Below are positions 53,658 through 63,622 of a DNA stretch of 64,000 bases, in pieces. Below the pieces are notes generated by a model. That model ran no database searches and was not told the DNA's origin. It saw only the letters and a program-made list of their open reading frames with translations. Source of the DNA: Candidatus Fraserbacteria bacterium (GTDB lineage: Bacteria; Bipolaricaulota; Bipolaricaulia; RBG-16-55-9; DRXL01); assembly GCA_037440025.1 (NCBI GenBank), contig JBBIUX010000001.1, forward strand, positions 11,700 through 75,699, in the 5' to 3' direction. The position numbers and the translations under genes are program-made. Position 1 is the first letter of the stretch. Each line of letters starts with the position of its first letter.

Positions 53658-54627
53658 ACTGAGCAAGCACTTTTTTATAGCCAAACACCGGCACGGCGTG
53701 CTGGGCGCGCTCAGAAATCTCCTCTCGCGCGAACGGCTTGTTGTCAAAGCTGTAGATAGTGTCTCGTTCGCCATCGAGCGCGGCGAGCTCGTTGGGTATC
53801 TTGGCCCCAACGGCGCCGGTAAGTCTACTACTATAAAGATGCTCACGGGGATTCTGGTGCCGACCGCAGGCTCACTGACTGTCAATGGACTGGTGCCGTG
53901 GAGAAAACGCGTCGAATACACCCGGCGCATCGGCGTCGTCTTCGGGCAGCGCACCAATCTCTGGTGGGACCTGCCCGTCATCGAAAGTCTTGATCTGCTC
54001 AAGCATATCTACAACATCCCCCGCGACCGCTATGACCGAAATCTCAAGATGTTCACGGAGCTCCTCGACTTGGAAGAGTTTTTAAATACGCCGGTGCGCA
54101 ATCTCAGTCTAGGGCAGCGCATGAGGGCCGATCTCGCAGCAGCCCTCCTGCACGATCCGGAAGTGGTCTTTCTCGATGAGCCGACGATTGGGTTGGATGT
54201 CGTCGCCAAAGAGCGCATTCGTGCTTTTATTCGGGAGATGAACGCCCAGCGCGGCGTCACAGTCATTCTGACGACGCACGACTTAGGTGACGTCGAAAAG
54301 CTCTGCAAAAGGGTCTTGATGATTGATCACGGGCAATTGCTCTTTGATGGTCTCTTGAGCGAGTTGCAAGAACGCTTTGGCGGTGAGCGTGAGCTGGTTG
54401 TTGATTTCGCTGAAGATTATTCAGATATTTCTATTGACGGCGCGACGGTCATCGTCCGCGAAGGGAACCACGTCACCTATCGCTTCCCGCGCGGGCAGCT
54501 GAGCGCCTCTGAGTTAATCAGAAGGCTGGCATCGCGCTATCGCATCGCAGACCTGACGGTGCGTGAGCCGGAAATTGAGGACACCGTGCGAAGAATTTAC
54601 GAAGAGCGCCTGCTCAGCCTGCGCTAG
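53635..54627 (+). CDS. ABC transporter ATP-binding protein
   Basis: GPNGAGKST (Walker A), LSLGQRMR (signature), VVFLDEPT (Walker B), TTHD (H-loop). Confidence 0.9.
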   Translation: MALIEVRELSKHFFIAKHRHGVLGALRNLLSRERLVVKAVDSVSFAIERGELVGYLGPNGAGKSTTIKMLTGILVPTAGSLTVNGLVPWRKRVEYTRRIGVVFGQRTNLWWDLPVIESLDLLKHIYNIPRDRYDRNLKMFTELLDLEEFLNTPVRNLSLGQRMRADLAAALLHDPEVVFLDEPTIGLDVVAKERIRAFIREMNAQRGVTVILTTHDLGDVEKLCKRVLMIDHGQLLFDGLLSELQERFGGERELVVDFAEDYSDISIDGATVIVREGNHVTYRFPRGQLSASELIRRLASRYRIADLTVREPEIEDTVRRIYEERLLSLR

Positions 54628-56788
54628 CTCTCGGTTTCGTCTGTGCCAGGCGCAGCGCGTTCCCCGTGACTGCCAGCGAAGCCCCCATGTCTCCCGCCAA
54701 CACCGCCAGCACCAGCGTCACATAGCCGGGAAAGACCCCGGCTCCTAAACTGAACTTCGTGAGCACAGAGAACCAGATATTCTGTTGAATGACGCAGCGC
54801 GCCCGACGGCTCAACTCGACAAGATACGGCAACTTGCTGAGATCATCGGCCATCAGTGCGACATTTGCCGTCTCCAGAGCCGTATCCGTACCTGCCGCGC
54901 CCATGGCGATGCCCACAGTCGCCGTTGCCAGCGCCGGCGCGTCATTCACCCCATCGCCGATCATCGCGACTTTACCGTGCTTTTTTAAGAGTCTTTCTAC
55001 GGCAGCGGCTTTGCCCTCTGGCAGCACCCCGGCCTGATAATCGGCGATGCCTACCTGGCGCGCGACGGCCCGCGCCGTGCCCTCGTTATCCCCAGTAAGC
55101 ATCACGACTTTCAGACCAAACTCGTTCAGTCTTGCGATGGCCTCTGAAGCCTGAGGCCGGATCTGGTCGGCCACAGCAATTATCCCGAACGCTTGCTGCT
55201 CCGTTCCCACGAGAACGACTGTCTTCGCCTGGGATTGGAGCTGGGCCAGTTGGGGCAATTCTCCAGCCTGTGCGAATAGTTCCGGCTTACCCACCAGATA
55301 GACCTGCGATCCGATCTGAGCTTTCAAGCCTTGCCCCGTGAGCGACTGCACCCCTTGAGCTTCCAGCAGGGATTTTCTGGCGGCCGTCTGCTCGTAGTGT
55401 CGCACAATCGCTTGGGCAATGGGGTGCTGGCTCTTGCTCTCCAGAGAGGCCGCGATCTGCAAGAGCTCTTCAGCCGTGTGTCCAGGGAATGCGATCACGT
55501 CCGTGACGGCCAGTTGCCCGGTGGTGAGCGTGCCCGTCTTGTCAAAAACGATAGCCTTGACCTGCCCAAGCTCTTCGAGATAGACGCCGCCCTTGATGAG
55601 CACGCCGTGGTGTGCCGCGCTGGTGATCGCCGAGACGATGGAGACCGGGGTGGAGATCACCAGGGCGCACGGGCACGCGATCACCAAGAGCACCAGCGCT
55701 CGAGCGAACCACTCCGAAAACGGCGCACCCCACAGCACGGGTGGCCCCAGCGCCACCCCAACGGCCACGGCGACGACACCCGGCGTATAGTATCGGGCGA
55801 AGCGATCAACGAAACGCTCCGAGGGGGCTCTCTGCGCTTCAGCCTCCTCGACGAGATGAATGATCTTAGCTAGAGTCGTGTCCCGTGCTCGCTTGGTGAC
55901 TTTGATCTCTAAGTATCCCTCTTGGCTGATCGTCCCGGCGAAGACGCTATCGCCGACTCGCTTTTCTACGGGCACGGACTCCCCCGTGATGGGCGCTTGA
56001 TTGACCGTCGAATGTCCGACGGTCACCTCGCCATCAAGAGCGATGCGCTCCCCCGGGTTGACGGTAATCACTTCGCCGACCCGAATCTGTTCAATGGGCA
56101 GCACTACTTCTCGACCGTCGCGGCGAGTGCGCGCTTCATTCGGGACCAACTTCATCAGTTCGCGCAACGAACGCCGCGCTCGCTCTACGGAGTACCCTTC
56201 CAAAAGCTCCGCTAAGGCGAAGAGAAAGGCCAGGCTCGCCCCTTCAATGTACTCCCCAAGGAGCATGGCTCCCACCACAGCGATGCTCATCAAGAAGCTG
56301 ATATTCAATTGTCGCGCGAGCAACGCCTGCCAGCCCTGCCGCGCAAACTGCGCGCCGCCTACTCCAGCCGCCGTAAGATAGCACAGCACTGCCAGCGAGA
56401 GAGATCTCCCCTCCACTGTCAGCAAGGCCCTATCAAGACGGATCAATTCTAGCACTAGTCCCGCTCCAATGAGCACGCCGGAGATCACCGTAAGCACCGC
56501 CCGACGGCTTCGCCAAAGCGACGGAGGGGCCACCTGCAAGGTGTGGCCTTGGTGCACCGTGTAGCCGATGCGCTCGACGTGCTGGACCAGCTCGTCACGC
56601 CCCAGCTTCTGGGCGTCGTAGCGCACGCGCAGTTTCCCCGCAGCAAAGTTTACTTGCGCCTGCGAGACCCCATTGAGACGTCCAACGGACTCCTGCAGGT
56701 CATCAGCGCAACTGGCACAATGTAAGTTGCTGACACTCAACTCTTCGGTTTGCTCGTCCATGGGCACCGCTCCCTGAAATGAGTCCAT
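54614..56788 (-). CDS. heavy-metal P1B-type ATPase (Zn/Cd/Pb-like signature)
   Basis: HMA domain CASCADDL, TM CPCALVISTP, DKTGTLT, SQHPIAQAI, GDGVNDAPAL, C-terminal TM DMGASLAVTGNALRL. Confidence 0.9.
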   Translation of the reverse strand: MDSFQGAVPMDEQTEELSVSNLHCASCADDLQESVGRLNGVSQAQVNFAAGKLRVRYDAQKLGRDELVQHVERIGYTVHQGHTLQVAPPSLWRSRRAVLTVISGVLIGAGLVLELIRLDRALLTVEGRSLSLAVLCYLTAAGVGGAQFARQGWQALLARQLNISFLMSIAVVGAMLLGEYIEGASLAFLFALAELLEGYSVERARRSLRELMKLVPNEARTRRDGREVVLPIEQIRVGEVITVNPGERIALDGEVTVGHSTVNQAPITGESVPVEKRVGDSVFAGTISQEGYLEIKVTKRARDTTLAKIIHLVEEAEAQRAPSERFVDRFARYYTPGVVAVAVGVALGPPVLWGAPFSEWFARALVLLVIACPCALVISTPVSIVSAITSAAHHGVLIKGGVYLEELGQVKAIVFDKTGTLTTGQLAVTDVIAFPGHTAEELLQIAASLESKSQHPIAQAIVRHYEQTAARKSLLEAQGVQSLTGQGLKAQIGSQVYLVGKPELFAQAGELPQLAQLQSQAKTVVLVGTEQQAFGIIAVADQIRPQASEAIARLNEFGLKVVMLTGDNEGTARAVARQVGIADYQAGVLPEGKAAAVERLLKKHGKVAMIGDGVNDAPALATATVGIAMGAAGTDTALETANVALMADDLSKLPYLVELSRRARCVIQQNIWFSVLTKFSLGAGVFPGYVTLVLAVLAGDMGASLAVTGNALRLAQTKPRASAG

Positions 56789-56789
56789 A

Positions 56790-58394
56790 TTAAGGGGTTC
56801 GGGCTGTTACTTCAAAAAAAGCTCTGAAATCGTCAAGGCGATCACGGAGCCGCACCTGCACTGCAATCTGCCAGCGACCTGCCAAGCTCAGATAGGAGCC
56901 GACTGCCCCGAAGTCGCCTGTGCTGTTCTCCGGAGCGACAGTAGACAGCATACCCAGTTCTTGGCCCTCTGCGTAGATAAACTTCAGCGTCACACGCTGC
57001 ACGGCAGAGATGGGCTGCCCTTGCGCATCTCTGAGCTGCACTGTGAAGCGCGCCGGTCCAACGCGCAGCGAACTGATCGTCAGGACGACTCGAATTCCTC
57101 CCGTCTCGTGCGCTAAGACCGTCGGCAGCTCAGCCCCTTGCGCTGCCGTTGGCCGATGCGCGGGCGGCGAGAGCGTCAGCGCCCCGGCGGCTCCCAACAC
57201 AAGCACTATCGTGAAAAACTCTCCCCAGACCCGGCGGCGCAACGGGGTGAAACCCGTCTGCCCGTAGTCACCCCGGAAGTCGCGACGCACCTGGCGAAAG
57301 TTGAGCGCCGCCATCGCTAGAATTGCCACCAGCATGGCTATCTTGAGCACTAAGAACCGCCCATAGTTCGAGCTCCAGAGTGCTGCGAGCGAGCCGACGT
57401 GCTTGAACGAGAGATAGATACCGCTTCCGATGATGACCATCACACTGAGCAGCGCCCACTGGGAAAAACGCGGCAGCACCACACCCCAGGGGATACCCTC
57501 TCGGCTCCTCCACGCCAAAAGTCCCAACGAGAGCAAGCCCCCCGCCCAGATCGCAACAGCCACCAGATGCAGTCCATCAAAGACCAAGGCCAGCGGGTCC
57601 CGCAGAGCCGCACTATGGCTGCTCTGCACGCCGGAGATCAACGCTCCCACTCCAATCACCAGCCCCACCCTTGCCCAGAGCCTCTTGCGATGCCAGAGCA
57701 TTGTCGGTCCCACCATCGCGAGCAACCCTATTTTCACCGACCAGAGCAGACCGACTTGGGTGCCAAAAAGAACTCTTGCGCTCAGCTCGCCGACACTTTG
57801 GGCATACAGCAAAAGCTCGCTGCAAGACGTCAGGATCGCTAGCCCCCAGGTGCCCAACAGAACACGGGTGAACGGTTGTTCTGCGAGGATGAACCGTGTA
57901 AAGATGAGCATCCCCACCAGCGTTACCAGCGACAGATAGTGCAGCCAGCGCGAGAGCACTCTGACGGGATCGAGCGCCGTTCCAGTTCCGGTGACTGGCT
58001 CCGTGGGAGCGTGGGAACTGTGTTCGGCATGCGCTCCAACCCCAAACGGATAGACGCCCTTGGTGATATGGCCGTCTATCGCCGAAAGCACCTTCCAGGC
58101 GATAGTATAGACGCCGTCGGGAAGCTCTTCTAGAGAGAGCACGACGCGCCGGTCGTCCTCTTCGAGCGTGAAAGCCAAGTCTTTCAGGAGCTGACCGTGC
58201 GCGTCGTAGAGCGTGAACGAACTGAATTTCGGCTCGATCTCCTCACTGAAGAGAAAAACGACTTTTTCTGGGCTGAGAGAGAGCGCAGCTGCTGCTGGCG
58301 GGTCGGCTTGTATCAGATACGCATGAGCCCAGAGAGCCGTACTAGAGCTAGCTATCCCGAGCACGAGCACGAGTCCGCCAGCGAGCAGCCGCAT
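56790..58394 (-). CDS. CopC-CopD fusion copper-resistance membrane protein (YcnJ-like)
   Basis: Signal peptide, then AHAYLIQADPP..VVFLFSEEIE (CopC fold), about 8 TM segments (CopD), and a C-terminal extracytoplasmic domain. Confidence 0.75.
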   Translation of the reverse strand: MRLLAGGLVLVLGIASSSTALWAHAYLIQADPPAAAALSLSPEKVVFLFSEEIEPKFSSFTLYDAHGQLLKDLAFTLEEDDRRVVLSLEELPDGVYTIAWKVLSAIDGHITKGVYPFGVGAHAEHSSHAPTEPVTGTGTALDPVRVLSRWLHYLSLVTLVGMLIFTRFILAEQPFTRVLLGTWGLAILTSCSELLLYAQSVGELSARVLFGTQVGLLWSVKIGLLAMVGPTMLWHRKRLWARVGLVIGVGALISGVQSSHSAALRDPLALVFDGLHLVAVAIWAGGLLSLGLLAWRSREGIPWGVVLPRFSQWALLSVMVIIGSGIYLSFKHVGSLAALWSSNYGRFLVLKIAMLVAILAMAALNFRQVRRDFRGDYGQTGFTPLRRRVWGEFFTIVLVLGAAGALTLSPPAHRPTAAQGAELPTVLAHETGGIRVVLTISSLRVGPARFTVQLRDAQGQPISAVQRVTLKFIYAEGQELGMLSTVAPENSTGDFGAVGSYLSLAGRWQIAVQVRLRDRLDDFRAFFEVTARTP

Positions 58395-58402
58395 AAGTCT
58401 TT

Positions 58403-58813
58403 CTATTTGACAGCGAAGCTGTAGCTTCCCTCAGCAAAGCCATCATCTGGCACAGAGACAGCGACCCATCTGATGTAATAGACCCCTGGTCCGAGCTTGG
58501 GGAGCTTGGCCACCATCATGTCTCGTCCTGGTGCACTCAGATCAACTCTCCCCAAGGCGACAACCGTGGAGCTGTCTTCCTTCACGACCCAGAAGAAGCT
58601 GAGATTGGGGTCAAGCCCCGTTTCGTTGGCGGCGAGCAGAAAGGCAAGGCGCGCTTCCGGCGGGGACGTCGTCAGCAGATCGCCGGGCTTGGGGTTTGTT
58701 GGGTCTACGACCTTGAGCCTCGGGTGTGCCAACACAATACTGCCAACCCACACAGCTGCTCCAGCAGCCACGAGCAGCCCCAAAAGCTTCAGCATTCTTT
58801 TCCAGTGCAGCAT
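58403..58813 (-). CDS. CopC-domain periplasmic/extracytoplasmic protein
   Basis: TM anchor then AHPRLKVVDP..GDLL..PPEARLAF..GVYYIRWVAVSVPDDGF. Confidence 0.6.
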   Translation of the reverse strand: MLHWKRMLKLLGLLVAAGAAVWVGSIVLAHPRLKVVDPTNPKPGDLLTTSPPEARLAFLLAANETGLDPNLSFFWVVKEDSSTVVALGRVDLSAPGRDMMVAKLPKLGPGVYYIRWVAVSVPDDGFAEGSYSFAVK

Positions 58814-58819
58814 CGCGTA

Positions 58820-59233
58820 TCACTCCCTAACGGAAAAGGTGACAACGCCCTCGGTAAACCCGGCGTCTTCCTCTGCCACGGCGATCCAACGAATCTGATA
58901 GATACCTGGCTTGAGGTCTTTGATAGTGACTGTAAGTATGCCATTTTCACCATCTTTGCTGACAGAGGGATCGCCTTGATCAGCGACGACAGCACCTTCG
59001 ACCTTGATGACGTACACCGTACTGCGTTTCTCGTTGAGATGCTCGCTGAACTTCAGCCACACTTGCGCGGGGACTTCAGCGGCTGCCAGGACCTGACCGT
59101 TCTTGATGTTGGAACCCACCAACTTGACATGGCCAAAGACCAACAGATTGCCCGTCACCAGGCCGACCAGCGTTCCAATGCCTACAATCGCTCCGACTAC
59201 GACAGCCAGCTTTGCCATATATGAAAGCTTCAT
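58820..59233 (-). CDS. CopC-domain protein (second copy)
   Basis: Start ATG 59231-59233 behind GAAGGAGG. ..GHVKLVGSN..PAQVWLKFSE..GIYQIRWIAVAEEDAGF. Confidence 0.6.
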   Translation of the reverse strand: MKLSYMAKLAVVVGAIVGIGTLVGLVTGNLLVFGHVKLVGSNIKNGQVLAAAEVPAQVWLKFSEHLNEKRSTVYVIKVEGAVVADQGDPSVSKDGENGILTVTIKDLKPGIYQIRWIAVAEEDAGFTEGVVTFSVRE

Positions 59234-59316
59234 TGCGAAAAACCTCCTTCGTGAATGAGAATGCAAGGGGGCACATCGCCCCTACGTAAGGGAGCAAAAT
59301 AGCGACTAATCGCTAG

Positions 59317-59694
59317 TCACTCTATGGAGAAGATGGGTGGTTTGGGAAAGATTTTTAAGAGAGTCCTTTCGTAGAAGAAATCGCCAACAGTGGTCAATCT
59401 CTCTCCGGACAGAACGCCAAGGAGCGTTATGGAGCTGGGATCATCACAGAAGCAATCGAAACCGGGCACCACGCGCAGCATGACCGCCGGCGTCCCCTGA
59501 AGGCTGCACTCTTCGTGACTGTGAGGACCAGATGTGGGACCGGAAGCCCCTAGAGAAACGTTATGATAGCGGTGGTGATGCTGAGCCGTCGGCAGAACCC
59601 AATGCTCCGCGCAGGTCAGCGCCAGCGAGGCCACCTGGAGGCCGGAGACGACAGCTAGAATGATGAACGATCGCACCCATAAGCCTCGACGCAT
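59317..59694 (-). CDS. membrane-anchored His/Cys-rich hypothetical protein
   Basis: MRRGLWVRSFIILAVVSGLQV.. then QHHHRYH, HSHEEC, CFCDD. Last gene of the metal cluster. Confidence 0.4.
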   Translation of the reverse strand: MRRGLWVRSFIILAVVSGLQVASLALTCAEHWVLPTAQHHHRYHNVSLGASGPTSGPHSHEECSLQGTPAVMLRVVPGFDCFCDDPSSITLLGVLSGERLTTVGDFFYERTLLKIFPKPPIFSIE

Positions 59695-59789
59695 CACACA
59701 GTCCTCCTGGACGGCTCGTATTATAGCGATCAGCTGGCAATACGTCAACGTTGCACGCGCTTAGCTTCACTTGGTATGGTAGAAGCCCT

Positions 59790-60608
59790 ATGGATACCCT
59801 GCGCGTCGGTACTCGAAATGTAGCCCCACAGCCCCGGGCGCTCCGCGAGATGCAGTCCGTCATTTTCGACAAAGAATGGCTACGCGGAGCCAACGTAGAT
59901 CAATCTCTCTATTTTATGTACCGTGACTGCGTTCTCCCAGAAGACCAAGAGATCGCGCGTCAATTGGAAATCCGCTACGATATCACGGTCTTACCGCCCA
60001 TGCACTTAGGGCAGGAATACAATAAGACCAAGGGGCACTATCACTCAGAGCGAGTGCCCGGTCTCTGTTATCCAGAGCTCTATCAAGTCTTAGAAGGCCA
60101 AGCCCATGTATTGCTGCAAAAACGCTCCGGCACGCTGATCAGCGATGTGATCGTCGTCATTGCCCAAGAAGGAGATCTCGTGCTCGTGCCCGCAAATTAC
60201 GGACACATCACGATCAATCCAAGTGAAAGAACTCTGAAGATGGCCAACTGGGTCTCGACGCGCGTGCAGAGCTTCTACGAGCCCTTCGAAGAAAAGGGCG
60301 GCGGCGCATACTTTGAAATTGAGCCCTCACCCGTAGTGACCTACGGGAGAGGGGCCGGGGCGAAGCGTTTTGATGCAGCATCTTTTTCAGAAAGCGGTCG
60401 CATCAAAACGCTTCGGGGTGAGGGCCTTTTCATTCCCAATCCCAACTATGGCCCTCTCCCGCCCCTGCGCGGTCTCCCAGCTCCAGAGTACACGCAGTTG
60501 GGCCTGCGCTGTGGACAGCCTATCTATGAGCTCATCAAGACCCCCAAGCTCCTGCGATTTTTAAGCTACCCCGAAGAGTTTGGCGATATCTTAAAGAACG
60601 TATACTGA
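59790..60608 (+). CDS. pgiA: cupin-type (archaeal-type) glucose-6-phosphate isomerase with in-frame repeat insertion
   Basis: Cupin motifs TKGHYHSERVPGLCYPELYQVLEG and GDLVLVPANYGHITINP (G-x5-P-x4-H-x3-N). Start taken as MDTLRV (ATG 59790). Confidence 0.65.
   Translation: MDTLRVGTRNVAPQPRALREMQSVIFDKEWLRGANVDQSLYFMYRDCVLPEDQEIARQLEIRYDITVLPPMHLGQEYNKTKGHYHSERVPGLCYPELYQVLEGQAHVLLQKRSGTLISDVIVVIAQEGDLVLVPANYGHITINPSERTLKMANWVSTRVQSFYEPFEEKGGGAYFEIEPSPVVTYGRGAGAKRFDAASFSESGRIKTLRGEGLFIPNPNYGPLPPLRGLPAPEYTQLGLRCGQPIYELIKTPKLLRFLSYPEEFGDILKNVY
60323..60425. repeat. ~103-bp nested palindrome inside the pgiA-like CDS
   Basis: GCCCTCACCC..GGGAGAGGGG..CGAAGCGTTTTGATGC-N21-GCATCAAAACGCTTCG-GGGTGAGGGC. 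Translated ..PSPVVTYGRGAGAKRFDAASFSESGRIKTLRGEG.. Confidence 0.8.
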
Positions 60609-60621
60609 TGAGTGATTATTA

Positions 60622-60721
60622 TACTAATTCTACTGCATCGTGTCATTCTGAGCGCAGCGAAGAATCTTTCCAGAGAGACCTTTCGCTTCGCTCAAGGTGA
60701 CACAATGAACTGGAATTAGTA
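60622..60721. repeat. ~100-bp MITE-like element with terminal inverted repeats
   Basis: TACTAATTCTACTGCATCGTGTCATTCTGAGCGCAGCGAAGAATC..TTCGCTTCGCTCAAGGTGACACAATGAACTGGAATTAGTA. Sister of 38063-38163. Confidence 0.8.
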
Positions 60722-60748
60722 TTAGTAGCTAGTGAACGGCATGAATCA

Positions 60749-61729
60749 CTAGCCACGGTCGCGCTCCAGCTTGTGCTGCTCGCGTCGCCTGGGCAGAAAG
60801 ATCGCCAACACCAAGCCCAACACAGCCCCGCCACCTGTGCCCCACAAGACCATACTCAAGCGATCTGGCCCGACCGGCCCCTGAGGCAGTTGGGCAGGCG
60901 TCACGATCTCCAGCGGCTCCCATTGGCTCTCCAACAGACGATGCGCCTCCAGTTGCGCACGCGACAATGACTCGACCTTTTCTTCGACAGCGAGTACATG
61001 CCCATACTCGCTCTCGAAAGCACGAATCCCACGGGCTCCAAAGAGATCGAGCTCGCGTTCAACCCCCTCCAGCCGCCGCAGCAGGGCTTCTAACTGGTTG
61101 CGATAGTACCAGCTCTCCAGCGTCGCTCCCTGCTCGCTGACCCGCATCTGTACCAGACGCGGCTTGAGAAAATCTTGAATCTCTTTCTGAATGTGTTCTC
61201 GCTGCGCCTGTAAGAGGGTCCGTCTCTCCTCCAGACGGCCTTCTAGAGTCTCGATCAGTTGTTTACGATAGCCCTCTAGCGCCGCTTGCAGATCGCTCAG
61301 CCGTCGGCTTTCCGCTTCAATAGTTGTGCGCAGATCACTCTTGAGCTTTTCTGCGGCTTGCTCCAAATATGCCGCGAGCGCATCACGCACAGCCCTCTGC
61401 TCAAAGCCGCCGCGCAGCTTGAGCGTGAGCAATCCGTCAGTCTCGTTGATCTCCAGGTGCTCGTACAGCCACGAGACAATCGGCCACGTCCCCTCAGGTT
61501 CGTCAGCGATCCGGATCTTTTTAGCGACTTGGACGGTCAATTCTGGGCTACGCAAAAAACCCGATCCCCAGCCCAAATCCAGCGAAAACTCCCGTGGAAG
61601 TGGCGGGGCTTTCAGCCGTATCAGGGCACTCGTTTCAAACTCCAACGGCTGGCGCAGCGCGTAGATCGCTGAGCCAATCAGTGCTGCCAGTACAGCTAGA
61701 ACAAATATCCAGCGTTTTTCTGAAGACAC
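60749..61729 (-). CDS. Wzz/GumC-like polysaccharide chain-length-determinant-type protein
   Basis: GTG 61727-61729 behind GAGGAG. N-terminal TM (WIFVLAVLAALIGSAIY), long coiled-coil, C-terminal TM (GGGAVLGLVLAIFL). The upstream part of the ORF track entry is repeat-derived. Confidence 0.55.
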   Translation of the reverse strand: MSSEKRWIFVLAVLAALIGSAIYALRQPLEFETSALIRLKAPPLPREFSLDLGWGSGFLRSPELTVQVAKKIRIADEPEGTWPIVSWLYEHLEINETDGLLTLKLRGGFEQRAVRDALAAYLEQAAEKLKSDLRTTIEAESRRLSDLQAALEGYRKQLIETLEGRLEERRTLLQAQREHIQKEIQDFLKPRLVQMRVSEQGATLESWYYRNQLEALLRRLEGVERELDLFGARGIRAFESEYGHVLAVEEKVESLSRAQLEAHRLLESQWEPLEIVTPAQLPQGPVGPDRLSMVLWGTGGGAVLGLVLAIFLPRRREQHKLERDRG

Positions 61730-61777
61730 GTTCTCATCTCCTCGCACTTTGCTCTCCGGCGAATCAATTTGCCGTTT

Positions 61778-61884
61778 GTAGGGGCAGACCTCCGTGTCTG
61801 CCCAGGGCGAACACGGGGGTTCGCCCCTACAAGAGCCCGACTCATCGGGCTTCCATCCGCTCAGACGGATGCTTGAGCATCCGG
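61778..61884. repeat. multi-hairpin repeat cluster
   Basis: GTAGGGGC[AGAC-CTCCGT-GTCTGCC][GGCGAAC-ACGGGGG-TTCGCC]CCTAC, then AGCCCGACTCATCGGGCT, CATCCGCTCAGACGGATG, CGGATGCTTGAGCATCCG. Confidence 0.75.
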
Positions 61885-61927
61885 CCACAGCTCACACAGA
61901 GACAATAACACAACTGAGCGAGCTTCG

Positions 61928-63058
61928 TCAAAGACGCTCGAGCAAAATTTTCACCATACGCTCAGCCGCGTGCCCATCTCCGAACGGGTTGACAGCTCGC
62001 GCCATTTTTTCGTAAGCGTCCTGATCTTCAAGGAGCCGTTGGGTCTCTCCAAAGATTCTCTCAGAGTCCGTGCCGACGAGCTGGGCTGTGCCCGCCTCGA
62101 TGGCTTCGGGGCGCTCGGTAACTTTTCTCATCACCAAGACGGGCACCCCCAGGGCTGGCGCTTCTTCTTGGATGCCGCCGGAGTCCGTCAAAATCAAAAA
62201 CGCCCGGCCCATCAGCCAGACGAATCTTTCATAGTCCAACGGCTCAATCAAGAAAATACGCTCTTGGTTTTTGAGAATCTTTTGCACCGGCGCACGCACG
62301 TTGGGGTTCAAGTGCACGGGATAGATCAAGATAACGTCGGGATTTTTCTGAGCGATCTCTTTGAGCCCCAGACAAATGCTTTCAAACTCCGGCCCAAAAC
62401 TCTCGCGCCGATGGCCGGTGACGAGCACCAGTTTTTTTTCAGATCGCTCGATCTGCGAAAATATCTCTTTGGGTACAGGAAATCTTTCTCGGAAATCCAA
62501 GTCTTTCACGCGCGCCCACATCTGCTGGAGCGCATCAATGACGGTGTTGCCTGTAACAAAAATATTTTCGCTCAAGATGCCCTCGCGGAGCAGATTCTGT
62601 TTGGCCCGCTCCGTGGGAGCAAAGTGCAGATCAGCGAGCTGATCGGCAAGCAAACGATTGATCTCTTCAGGGAATGGACTATATTTGTCATGTGTCCGCA
62701 AGCCCGCTTCGACGCGGGCGACTTGTATTTGAGCATAATACGCAGCAAGGCTTGCCATCAAAGCCGTCGTGGTGTCCCCTTGGGTGATGACGACGTCGGG
62801 CTTCTCTTTTCGAACGACGGGTTCTAAGCTGACGAGCACATCAGCGGTGACTCGGTAGAGACTTTGATTGGGGCGCATCAGATTTAAGTCATAGTCAGGC
62901 CGAATCTCAAAGATTTCTAAGACTTGGTCGAGCATTTCGCGGTGCTGGGCCGTGACGCAGACACGCGATTCGATCTGGGGGAACCTGTGAAGCTCTGTGA
63001 GCACAGGCGCGAGCTTGATCGCTTCCGGGCGCGTGCCAAAGACCGTCAGGGTTTTCAT
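61928..63058 (-). CDS. wecB: UDP-N-acetylglucosamine 2-epimerase (non-hydrolysing)
   Basis: [57 protein letters not shown]. Confidence 0.9.
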   Translation of the reverse strand: MKTLTVFGTRPEAIKLAPVLTELHRFPQIESRVCVTAQHREMLDQVLEIFEIRPDYDLNLMRPNQSLYRVTADVLVSLEPVVRKEKPDVVITQGDTTTALMASLAAYYAQIQVARVEAGLRTHDKYSPFPEEINRLLADQLADLHFAPTERAKQNLLREGILSENIFVTGNTVIDALQQMWARVKDLDFRERFPVPKEIFSQIERSEKKLVLVTGHRRESFGPEFESICLGLKEIAQKNPDVILIYPVHLNPNVRAPVQKILKNQERIFLIEPLDYERFVWLMGRAFLILTDSGGIQEEAPALGVPVLVMRKVTERPEAIEAGTAQLVGTDSERIFGETQRLLEDQDAYEKMARAVNPFGDGHAAERMVKILLERL

Positions 63059-63145
63059 AAAGCTGGGAGTATGCTAAAGCTTGGGGGCTCATTTTGTCAA
63101 GGATGCCCCCTTGCGATTACAATGCCTCGGAAAGGGGGCGCTCAC

Positions 63146-63622
63146 ATGCGCGCAGTTTTGGTAATCGCACTGCTCAGCTTGGTCACGATAGCAAGCTACA
63201 GTTCTGTGGGAGAAGCTCGCCTGATCGGACTTGGTGGAGGCGCGTTGATTGACGTGACCGGGGCCTTGGGATTAAGCCTTCCCATTGTCCCGATGGCGCG
63301 ATTGTCAGTGGGGCTTTTCGTTTTGGGGGCCGATCTTGATCTGTGGTTTTTGCCCAGTTCGATCCAGTTTGTTCCAGCGTTGGCCGCCAGACTGCAAGCG
63401 TCACTATTTACTGTCATCGAGTTTTACGCGACCATCGCGCCGGTGAGCTTTCAGTTCTCTCCTGTGACTCAGATGATACCCCGGACGACGATCCGCTGGG
63501 GGGCCAATCTAGGATTTGGGCTGGTCTCGATCTTCAGCGAGCTAACGCTGTTGGCGCAGTGGGGCGTACCCATTGTCTGGCAAGGGCCGGGCTTGGGGTT
63601 GGGCGTGCAGGTGGGGTTTTAA
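63146..63622 (+). CDS. hypothetical secreted Gly/Leu-rich protein
   Basis: ATG 63146 behind GGAAAGGGGG. Signal peptide MRAVLVIALLSLVTIASYS. Alternating hydrophobic pattern, ends ..GLGVQVGF. Confidence 0.45.
   Translation: MRAVLVIALLSLVTIASYSSVGEARLIGLGGGALIDVTGALGLSLPIVPMARLSVGLFVLGADLDLWFLPSSIQFVPALAARLQASLFTVIEFYATIAPVSFQFSPVTQMIPRTTIRWGANLGFGLVSIFSELTLLAQWGVPIVWQGPGLGLGVQVGF

Noticed and set aside
63146-63622. Calling the Gly/Leu-rich secreted protein an outer-membrane beta-barrel because it ends in ..VQVGF
   Set aside because: The terminal Phe and alternating pattern are suggestive only, and the envelope type of the organism is unknown. Left as hypothetical.
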